Below, one piece after another: positions 1-7,383 of a stretch of DNA of 36,442 nucleotides. Position 1 is the stretch's first letter; each line of letters begins with the position of its first letter. Location of the stretch: IMG/VR virus record IMGVR_UViG_3300044847_000019, positions 1-36,442 of that record; one strand, written 5' to 3'. This stretch comes from a virus. Taxonomy: Duplodnaviria; Caudoviricetes. The notes beneath the pieces are model-generated. The model had not been told where the DNA came from. It did not search any database and worked only from the letters and a program-made list of their open reading frames with translations. A program made the translations under genes and the position numbers.

Positions 1-2
1 GC

Positions 3-719
3 TACAAGTTGTGGTACTGCGATGGCGAAGACTCCATCAAGTCCGCGTTTGCCGTTGATGCAGATGGAAAGAGGATCATCCCAGATTCCGCACTTGAAAA
101 CGTAGAACTTGTTCGTATCCCTGATACGATGCTGTATCCAATCATGTGCGAAACGATGTTGAAGATCATCAAAGGTGGTGATTGCAATGTCTGTTTCGAT
201 CATGGAAAAGTTGATTGTCCGCTGTGCAAGAAGTTGCCAGAGGCTAAGTGGACAATGGTGAATGTCAACAAGTTTGGTCCGAAGGATATTCTTGTTGTCG
301 AATCTGTCACACAACTTGGCAACTCGTACATCTCTCAGATCAAGAAGAAAGAAATTCAAGCTGGTCTGATGGCAGATGAATTGAAACTGGATTGGGACGA
401 GTGGGCGAAGCAAGGTTTCGGACTTGATCGCTTCTTCTCGCAAGTACAAGTTGCACCGTTCAATATCATCGTAACATCTCATGAGGAGATGACGAAGATG
501 AAAGATGGTGCGCAGAGTATCGTTCCTAAGATGGGTACGAGAAACTTCTCTGCGAACTCTGCTAAGTACTTCGATGATGTTGTCTATCTTGATAAGGTTA
601 ACAACAAATTGAAGATGTTCTCTTCCGCCACATACCGTGATTCCGTTATCACTGGTAGCCGCAGTGGCAAGATGGTAGAAAAGGAAAATTCCCGTGGACT
701 CATTGAACTCTTCGAGTGA
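3..719 (+). CDS. AAA_24/Sak4-like phage P-loop NTPase (5' truncated by window edge), with Cys/His zinc-finger-like insertion
   Basis: Frame is open from base 3 (YKLWYCDGED...). Walker-B-like ILVVESVTQL, IIVTSHE and FDDVVYL segments are typical of phage AAA_24 proteins; CNVCFDHGKVDCPLC insertion. Walker A would lie upstream of the window. Confidence 0.7.
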   Translation, partial: YKLWYCDGEDSIKSAFAVDADGKRIIPDSALENVELVRIPDTMLYPIMCETMLKIIKGGDCNVCFDHGKVDCPLCKKLPEAKWTMVNVNKFGPKDILVVESVTQLGNSYISQIKKKEIQAGLMADELKLDWDEWAKQGFGLDRFFSQVQVAPFNIIVTSHEEMTKMKDGAQSIVPKMGTRNFSANSAKYFDDVVYLDKVNNKLKMFSSATYRDSVITGSRSGKMVEKENSRGLIELFE

Positions 720-776
720 AGAGGATACTTGTAACTCCCCTAGTTATCAACCACCAAGAGCAGAAAGGAACGCACA

Positions 777-1088
777 ATGGCACCGCCGATTGGAACATCC
801 CCGAGCCAAGAAGATACACGAGAACATACGGGCGGTAGCGTCAGCTACTACAAAATCAAAATCGACTGGCCAACTACGCCCGGAGTTGATGCCTACACCG
901 CCGAGTGCAACGATATCATCGAAGCACTTGGAATGAACTACGCAGAGGGCAATGTACTTAAAGCTCTTTGGAGAATTTGTGCTAACCGCAAAGGTAAATC
1001 CAAACGCGGCTACACTGATGGTGTTTACGATGCTGAGAAGATCGTGTTCTTTGGTGAACGTGTTCTGAAACAGCAACGTGACGGCTGA
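777..1088 (+). CDS. DUF3310-like protein (related to T7 gp1.7 nucleotide kinase C-terminal domain)
   Basis: GGSVSYY...ECNDIIEALGMNYAEGNVLKALWR...YDAEKIVFF pattern; SD AAAGGA upstream of ATG 777. Confidence 0.7.
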   Translation: MAPPIGTSPSQEDTREHTGGSVSYYKIKIDWPTTPGVDAYTAECNDIIEALGMNYAEGNVLKALWRICANRKGKSKRGYTDGVYDAEKIVFFGERVLKQQRDG

Positions 1089-1176
1089 ACTGGCAGTCTC
1101 CAGTAAACGAATCAATCAACTCGCGAAACGTATCCACGTATCTCGCATCCTGTAAACTGCATTTTGGAGAAATGAA

Positions 1177-1635
1177 ATGGCTGATCTGTTTGACCTGCTT
1201 GACAAGAACCTCGACGACATTGCCGATCTTCCCAGTTTCAAGGTGCCGGACACCGGCATCTACAAGCTGACGCTCGGCATGGAAGTGAAAGAGATCAACG
1301 ACAAGCCTTCCGTGATTGCAAAACTCACGGTTCGCGAACTCGTGGAACTCGCAGATTCTTCCGTGCCGGAAAACGAGCGTGCGAAGGCTGGCGATAAGTT
1401 CGACATTCCTCACATCCTGAAGTACAAGGATGGCAACGATTCCGAAATTGGTTGGGGTCGTTTGAAGGAACTAGTGACTCCGTTCGAGGAACTTGCTGGT
1501 ACCAAGAACCTGAAGGCAATCGTCAAGTATCTGTCGGAGAACCCGGTCGATATCACGGCGAAGATCAAGAAGGTGGAACGCAAGAACGACAAGGGTGTGT
1601 TCGATGGTCGCATCGACAACATCACCATCGACTAA
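1177..1635 (+). CDS. Putative single-stranded DNA-binding protein (DUF669-like OB fold)
   Basis: Acidic N-terminus, then F-x-VPDTGIYKL and a beta-rich body; position after AAA ATPase; SD GGAG; biased codon usage; followed by a terminator. Confidence 0.55.
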   Translation: MADLFDLLDKNLDDIADLPSFKVPDTGIYKLTLGMEVKEINDKPSVIAKLTVRELVELADSSVPENERAKAGDKFDIPHILKYKDGNDSEIGWGRLKELVTPFEELAGTKNLKAIVKYLSENPVDITAKIKKVERKNDKGVFDGRIDNITID

Positions 1636-1663
1636 GTAGTTCCACAAGAACGAAAAGCGAAGT

Positions 1664-1696
1664 AGCCGGATGGGTTAAAAGCCTGTCCGGCTTTTT
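1664..1696 (+). terminator. Rho-independent terminator after putative SSB
   Basis: AGCCGGATGGG-TTAAAAG-CCTGTCCGGCT stem (two G-U pairs) followed by TTTT. Confidence 0.8.
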
Positions 1697-1720
1697 GTAT
1701 TTATGAAAGGAGCAGTAAAT

Positions 1721-2074
1721 ATGACCGACCCCCTCGACATTGATTCCGATGGAATGCTAGATGCAACTCCATTGAAGTTCGGACAGTACAAAGGAAAGCT
1801 ACCGGAAGATGTAGCGGAGATCAGCGCGCGTGCAAGGCAATATCTTGTGTGGGCGTACGAGAACGTAGGAAACTTTGATGTTTGCTCTGCTGCTTTGTAC
1901 AAAGATTGTGGTGGCAAAGGTAAGCGTGCAATTCCGGAAGATGGCAAGAGGAATCACCGGAAGGATGCAATGAAGGTAGCGCATATTGCCAGTTATGGCA
2001 AGGATGCAGCTGCTAATCAAGGAGCACCGAGGAAGACATTCTTCGATGATATGGATGATGACATTCCGTTTTAA
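1721..2074 (+). CDS. Small protein with 'FGxYKG' domain (ExoX C-terminal/DUF3820-like) and SSB-type acidic tail DDMDDDIPF
   Basis: TPLKFGQYKGKLPEDV...YLVWAYE motif; C-terminus FFDDMDDDIPF; start set at ATG 1721 behind AAAGGAG. Confidence 0.65.
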   Translation: MTDPLDIDSDGMLDATPLKFGQYKGKLPEDVAEISARARQYLVWAYENVGNFDVCSAALYKDCGGKGKRAIPEDGKRNHRKDAMKVAHIASYGKDAAANQGAPRKTFFDDMDDDIPF

Positions 2075-2080
2075 CTAACT

Positions 2081-4402
2081 ATGCGTATTTTCCTCTCCGC
2101 CTCTTACGAAGATGCTAAAGCAGATGGATCTTACCTTAAAGCATTTGGGTCCATCTGCAAAGGCAGCAACGTAACTGCTGTCAAATTCAAGACTGAATCT
2201 CCGTCGATGTATGCGGAGTTCATTCAGTGGTGTAAACAATATGAAGCGGATGCTGTAGTCATTACAAATGAGATTACTCTTCATTTCGTGTTACACGCGC
2301 AAGCAGACTTCCGTCCGCCGAACAATAAAAGAGGATTGACACTCAATGATTACCAAGGTTCTCTACTTGATGTGCGGGTTGGTGATCGCGTTATTCCTGC
2401 CATTGTTCTCAATCCTTTGGAGCATTTCCGTACTGTACCTTACGGCAAGTTTCTGGCTGAAAGGTTTCTTTCGAAAATACTTCAACCGGAGAAGTGGCTT
2501 CCGGATATTCCGTTCAAATGGACGGCAGTAACACTGGAGAACGCAAATGATGTTGTTGATAGACTCGCAAGATCCAGACTATTGGGAGTTGATATCGAAA
2601 CTCCGACACAGGGAGAGTGGTCAGAACTACGTGGAATTAACTGTGTCGGATACGCTGGATTCTTTAAAGATACCGGTGCCGTTGAATGCTATGTTTTTCC
2701 GTTTGACGAATGGTCGTACAGTTTCATTCGACGGATTAATGACAATGATGTACCCAAGGTAACGCAGCGAGGTATCTATGACAACGCTTATTTTCTGCGT
2801 TGGGGTATTCCTCTTCGCAACTGGTTGTGGGACACTTATTTCTTCTTCCATAGCTGGTTGTCGGAGTTGCCGAAAGACTTGGCTCTCGTTGCAGCTTTCA
2901 ACGTACGACGCATTCGCTACTGGAAAGACGATGGAAAAAGCGGAAGTCTGGAAGATTATCACCGATATAACGCCCTCGATGCATGGGCGACTGTTTGCTC
3001 GCTGCTTGGTATCCTCCATGATGCTCCTGCTTGGGCTGTTACTAATTACACTGAGCATGAGTTTCCGATAGCATTTCCTTCTATCCATTGCGAGATGGAA
3101 GGTTTCTTGGTTGACATTGATCGCTTCCACGAAGTCTTCAAGAAGAAGATGGAAGAGAAGCATCAGGAATTGATAGAAATACAAACGATGCTTGGCGGTC
3201 CGTGTGACACGCTGCCGTTGAAGAAGAAAACTGTGAAGGGTGAGTTGAAGGATGATATTCAAAACTTCAATCCTAACTCACCGGATCAAGTTCTAAAGGT
3301 CTTCAAAGTCCTGGGACTTGGTCATCTTGGATCCACAGATAAAGCAGCCGTGTTGAAAGCACGAGCATCTCATCCACTTGCTGATCGTGTGATCGGCGCA
3401 ATCGCAGATTGGAAATCAAATGCACGAGTCATCTCAGGATATCTCCAAGAGTACAAGCTTTGGAATGGACGACTGTATTATCAACTCGATCCTGGAGGTA
3501 CTGATACCGGACGGCTTGCAAGTAAAGCTTCCAATTACTGGTGCGGCTTTCAAATTCAAAACATTCCACGTGACGACACTGTCAAACAATGTCTCATTGC
3601 TGACGCTGGGTGGTTACTGGGAGAGGGAGATTACGCACAATCCGAAGCACGTTGCGTTGGGTACTTGTCTGGTGAGACTGCACTTATCGAACTTGTTGAA
3701 TCGCCACATGACTACCACGCGTGGAACGCTTCCAAGTTTTTCGGAGTTTCTTACGAGCAGATCTATGATGAACCGCGTAAGAAGACTCTTGACAAGGCAC
3801 TTCGAGATTTGTCAAAGAGAACAAATCACGGAGCTAACTACAACATGGGGCCAGGAGTTATGCTGGACACGATGGGGCCAAAATACGTCATTACTGCTAA
3901 ACGACTTCTCAAACTGCCCGCCGCGCTACCACTGAAAAAGGTGTGCGAATATCTGCTGCTGGTTTATGAAAAGACTTATCCTCGCGTGAAGAAGGATTGG
4001 TATGCAAGTATCGTTCACACCATCAGGGTTAGTGGAATGCTTGTCTCGGCACTTGGCTGGACTAGAAAGTTTTTTGGAAACCCTGCTGAAAACAAACAGC
4101 ATCTCAACGCAGCAGTTGCGCATTCTCCGCAAAACCTCTCGGTTGGAATCATTAATAAGTGTTTCTTTCGACTCTGGAAGGATCAAATCTACGGCGATCT
4201 GCGTGGAAGGTTCCGACTCAAAGCTCAGATCCACGATAGTATTCTCTACCAGTATCGACCGGAGCATCCTGAAGTCCCAAGCCTTGTTCAAAGTAGAATG
4301 CGGCAAGAGATTAAAGTCACTGATTGTTTTGGAATTGAACGAGTGATGATTATCCCGCCGGATATGAACGCCGGAAGTAAACGATGGAGTGAATTGAAAT
4401 GA
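2081..4402 (+). CDS. polA: Family A DNA polymerase with 3'-5' exonuclease and N-terminal degenerate UDG-like domain
   Basis: ExoI GVDIET, ExoII YDNAYF, ExoIII YNALDA; TDTGRLAS..QIQNIPR; motif A DYAQSEAR; motif B RDLSKRTNHGANY; motif C QIHDSI. Confidence 0.95.
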   Translation: MRIFLSASYEDAKADGSYLKAFGSICKGSNVTAVKFKTESPSMYAEFIQWCKQYEADAVVITNEITLHFVLHAQADFRPPNNKRGLTLNDYQGSLLDVRVGDRVIPAIVLNPLEHFRTVPYGKFLAERFLSKILQPEKWLPDIPFKWTAVTLENANDVVDRLARSRLLGVDIETPTQGEWSELRGINCVGYAGFFKDTGAVECYVFPFDEWSYSFIRRINDNDVPKVTQRGIYDNAYFLRWGIPLRNWLWDTYFFFHSWLSELPKDLALVAAFNVRRIRYWKDDGKSGSLEDYHRYNALDAWATVCSLLGILHDAPAWAVTNYTEHEFPIAFPSIHCEMEGFLVDIDRFHEVFKKKMEEKHQELIEIQTMLGGPCDTLPLKKKTVKGELKDDIQNFNPNSPDQVLKVFKVLGLGHLGSTDKAAVLKARASHPLADRVIGAIADWKSNARVISGYLQEYKLWNGRLYYQLDPGGTDTGRLASKASNYWCGFQIQNIPRDDTVKQCLIADAGWLLGEGDYAQSEARCVGYLSGETALIELVESPHDYHAWNASKFFGVSYEQIYDEPRKKTLDKALRDLSKRTNHGANYNMGPGVMLDTMGPKYVITAKRLLKLPAALPLKKVCEYLLLVYEKTYPRVKKDWYASIVHTIRVSGMLVSALGWTRKFFGNPAENKQHLNAAVAHSPQNLSVGIINKCFFRLWKDQIYGDLRGRFRLKAQIHDSILYQYRPEHPEVPSLVQSRMRQEIKVTDCFGIERVMIIPPDMNAGSKRWSELK

Positions 4403-4584
4403 TCGTTGATATCTCCATTCGTATCGGTAACTACAGATTCCACAACGGTCATTTGTACAAGTTCAACATTGCAGGTACGGCCAATGGTAAGTACAAAGTG
4501 GAATGTTGGACTTGTCTATTCTGCAAGAAACACGAACACCAGAACAGGAAGATAAATGAACAAAGAAGCAGCAAGCCCGTTTGA
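4399..4584 (+). CDS. Small hypothetical protein, Cys/His cluster
   Basis: ATGA overlap with the polymerase stop (translational coupling); CWTCLFCKKH. Confidence 0.5.
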   Translation: MIVDISIRIGNYRFHNGHLYKFNIAGTANGKYKVECWTCLFCKKHEHQNRKINEQRSSKPV

Positions 4585-4969
4585 TGCCATTCTCGGCGTG
4601 AAGGTTCCCAGCAAATTACACGAAGCTGGCACGCGCGATGGTAAGGGTAGATTCCTTGCAGGTCCTCCGAAGGAAACCAGAGCTAAACGTATTGCCACTC
4701 TTAAGTCCAGAACTAAAGGACAAGAGCAAACGCCGTACATGAACTTCTCTGGAAGAATTAACTGGCTGAACAGAATGCTCTCTCAGCTATCTGTTCCAGC
4801 ATACGTAGCAGAACTTCGTCGGCATCCTGCACGCGCGCAAGTTATGCCACAAGATGAACTGCGGTTCCGTGCATTGGAAGAACGAGCATTGGCAATATGC
4901 AGAGAAGCAAATGAGCTTGCAGCAGAGATTGCCAAATGGAATAAAACCAAACGTAAGCGTAAAGTCTAA
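4556..4969 (+). CDS. Hypothetical basic protein
   Basis: 137 aa ORF with AGGA upstream, K/R-rich, fills the gap in the operon. Confidence 0.6.
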   Translation: MNKEAASPFDAILGVKVPSKLHEAGTRDGKGRFLAGPPKETRAKRIATLKSRTKGQEQTPYMNFSGRINWLNRMLSQLSVPAYVAELRRHPARAQVMPQDELRFRALEERALAICREANELAAEIAKWNKTKRKRKV

Positions 4970-5000
4970 GGTTCCCGCCCCTCAACTTTCAGGAGTCCCT

Positions 5001-6344
5001 GTGGCATCACAGGAAGATCTGTTCAGTCTTTACTTCGAACTTCGTAAAGATACTGAACCGCCAACTATTTTTCACCGCTGGAGTTTTATAACATGCTTGA
5101 GTGCCTACTTGGGGCGCCGATACTGGATGCCATTCGGAGAACAACGCATCTTTCCCAACTTCTACACGATGTTGATTGGACACCCGGGCGCGCGGAAATC
5201 CACCGCTATCAAGTTGGCGAAGAAATTGTTCTCAACTGCAGGATACACTACCTTCGCAGCGGAGAAAACATCCAAAGAGAAATTTTTGTTGGACTTAGAG
5301 GGATTGGACGAGGAAGATTTAAAGTCCATCACGCCACGCAATACCCGGAGGGGAAAGCTATCTGGATTGACCCATGATGAGATAACAGAAGCATTGTTTG
5401 GAAAGGAGAAAGATAGTGCTCCAAAGGAACCAAAGGAAGTGTTCATCGTTGCAGATGAATTCAACGAGTTTGTTGGAAGCGGGAATCTGGAGTTTCTATC
5501 ACTACTTGGAATGCTCTGGGACTGGGACGACGAACAGAATGATTATCAGTTCCGACTTAAGAACTCGAAGTCCGTGTCCATTTACCAGCCTACTATCACA
5601 ATCCTTAGTGGGAACACGCACGCCGGCTTTGTCGAAGCTTTTCCACCGCAAGCTATTGGACAGGGTTTCCTCTCGCGGCTTATTCTTGTTTACGGTGAGC
5701 CTAGTGGTAAAAAGATTACTTTCCCATCTTCGGTCGCCGAGGAACTTAGAACAGAGATTGTCTCTCGTCTACATAGAATCAAGACTGAGGTTGTTGGAGC
5801 AGCAGAGCTTCACCCAGATGCTAAGAACGCACTTGACTTCATCTACCGTACGTGGAAGGAACTAGAAGATGGACGATTTAAACACTATTCCAATAGGCGG
5901 CTCACCCATCTCTTTAAACTTTGCCTCATTGTTGCGGCAACTAGAGTTAGTACAACAATTACAGAACAAGACGTCGTTCTGGCAAACTCGATCCTTACTT
6001 GGACCGAGCACGATATGCCCAAAGCTCTTGGAGAATTCGGAAAATCACGTGATGCAGACGTTGCGGGGAAGATCATGCAAGCATTGTATGATTCAGCTAC
6101 TGCGGGAAGAGCAATGGGAGTTAGCGAACTTCTTAAAGTGGTAAAGAACGATCTAGACAAAGCATCCCAGCTTGGGGAAATTATGCAGAAGCTGGTGAAC
6201 GCAGGACAAGTACAATTCATTCCGCAGCAAGGATACTTGCCAAAGGTGAAGGTACTGGATAACAGGCAGTTGTATGTGAATTTTGAATTGCTGCGAGAGT
6301 GGCAAGTGAAGATGGGGAAACCCCCAATTAGGCGTGTTCAATAA
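5001..6344 (+). CDS. DUF3987-type P-loop AAA+ ATPase (putative replicative helicase/primase-associated) with C-terminal winged helix
   Basis: Walker A GHPGARKST, Walker B FIVADEF, GFLSRL arginine-finger-like motif; start set at GTG 5001 behind AGGAG (4991-4995), which removes the overlap with the upstream gene. Confidence 0.75.
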   Translation: MASQEDLFSLYFELRKDTEPPTIFHRWSFITCLSAYLGRRYWMPFGEQRIFPNFYTMLIGHPGARKSTAIKLAKKLFSTAGYTTFAAEKTSKEKFLLDLEGLDEEDLKSITPRNTRRGKLSGLTHDEITEALFGKEKDSAPKEPKEVFIVADEFNEFVGSGNLEFLSLLGMLWDWDDEQNDYQFRLKNSKSVSIYQPTITILSGNTHAGFVEAFPPQAIGQGFLSRLILVYGEPSGKKITFPSSVAEELRTEIVSRLHRIKTEVVGAAELHPDAKNALDFIYRTWKELEDGRFKHYSNRRLTHLFKLCLIVAATRVSTTITEQDVVLANSILTWTEHDMPKALGEFGKSRDADVAGKIMQALYDSATAGRAMGVSELLKVVKNDLDKASQLGEIMQKLVNAGQVQFIPQQGYLPKVKVLDNRQLYVNFELLREWQVKMGKPPIRRVQ

Positions 6345-6361
6345 ACTCTGGAAGGAAAATC

Positions 6362-7048
6362 ATGTACCCTCGTTTCGCACTTGATATCCAAGAAATGAAT
6401 CAACGATACGAGCTTGCTCGTGTTGACGTTTCCAATTGGCCTGCTGTAACCAAACGTCTGGAGCAGTTCAGGGAAATTCTGGATAAGGAGTTCACAGAGC
6501 TGGGAGATATTGAAGATCTTGCGAACACCGCAGATGACACTACTTGGGGCCAACCCGGTGAACAAGGAAGACTGCCAGTAAATGTTGTTGTCAATCTCGC
6601 AGATCTACTCGGCGATATCATCGTCTACTGCGCGAGTGAAGCACACCGCTGGGGAATTCCACTACCTGCTGTGCTCATGATTATCATGGCCAGCAATACC
6701 AGTAAGTCTGGTGCAGACGGCAGGCCGATCAAGAATCCAGTTACAGACAAGTTTGAGAAAGGTCCGAACTATTGGAAACCGGAACCGGCTATTGAATACA
6801 TCATGACGCACGAGGATACGCACATGTTGCAATTCCATCGTGATCCAACTAGTGGTGTTATCACGTACCAGATTCTCGAACCGCAAGAACTTCCGCTGAG
6901 TGCAAGTAATGATGCAGCGAAAGAAGAACCTGAGGGCCGTATCAAAACCGAGCATCCGCCCGGAGTTATGGCTTTGAAGGAAGAGCGTAGCAAAGCTACG
7001 GAACAACCGCAATCGCAAGAAGGAGAAAATGATGCTCAGCAACCATAA
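6362..7048 (+). CDS. MazG-like/PRA-PH-like nucleoside triphosphate pyrophosphohydrolase
   Basis: ILDKEFTEL...LADLLGDIIVY...IMASNTSK..ADGRPI....KFEKGPNYWKP, the all-alpha NTP-PPase (DR2231-like) signature. Confidence 0.8.
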   Translation: MYPRFALDIQEMNQRYELARVDVSNWPAVTKRLEQFREILDKEFTELGDIEDLANTADDTTWGQPGEQGRLPVNVVVNLADLLGDIIVYCASEAHRWGIPLPAVLMIIMASNTSKSGADGRPIKNPVTDKFEKGPNYWKPEPAIEYIMTHEDTHMLQFHRDPTSGVITYQILEPQELPLSASNDAAKEEPEGRIKTEHPPGVMALKEERSKATEQPQSQEGENDAQQP

Positions 7049-7349
7049 AGCCGCTGTTGGTCGCAAACTGTGGTATTGGTCACCGGATACTGCAGCACAA
7101 GCCACTAGTTGTTTGGACGACAAAGTACCGTTTGACGCTACGGTAGTATTTGTTGATAAGAATCAACTAGTCAATGTAAGTTTCTTCGATCACGAAGGTA
7201 GCGCGCATACGGATCTAGAAGTAGAAGTGCACGATCCTGATGTTGAGAACGACAGTCATAACTCTGTAGGCGAAGCGTACTGCACATGGATGCCATACCA
7301 GAAGCAGCAGATGGACAAAGTGGAAGCGGAACTGAAAGCCGTTCCATAA
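7029..7349 (+). CDS. Hypothetical phage protein
   Basis: SD AAGGAG; VGRKLWYW...FDATVVFV...VNVSFFDHEG...WMPYQ resembles a widespread small beta-barrel phage protein; ends right before the terminator. Confidence 0.65.
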   Translation: MMLSNHKAAVGRKLWYWSPDTAAQATSCLDDKVPFDATVVFVDKNQLVNVSFFDHEGSAHTDLEVEVHDPDVENDSHNSVGEAYCTWMPYQKQQMDKVEAELKAVP

Positions 7350-7378
7350 AAAGAGAAGCCCCCAATTGGGGGCTTTTT
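7347..7378. terminator. Bidirectional Rho-independent terminator between converging replication and virion modules
   Basis: Perfect palindrome AAGCCCCC-AATT-GGGGGCTT with a T-tract on the right and an A-tract on the left, between stops at 7349 and 7384. Confidence 0.9.
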
Positions 7379-7383
7379 CATTT

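Noticed and set aside
694-936. 80-aa ORF overlapping ATPase end and DUF3310 gene
   Set aside because: Out-of-frame overlap with two better-supported genes.
2081-7048. Z-genome (2-aminoadenine) system
   Set aside because: No purZ or datZ-like gene in the window; PolA plus MazG-like alone is insufficient.
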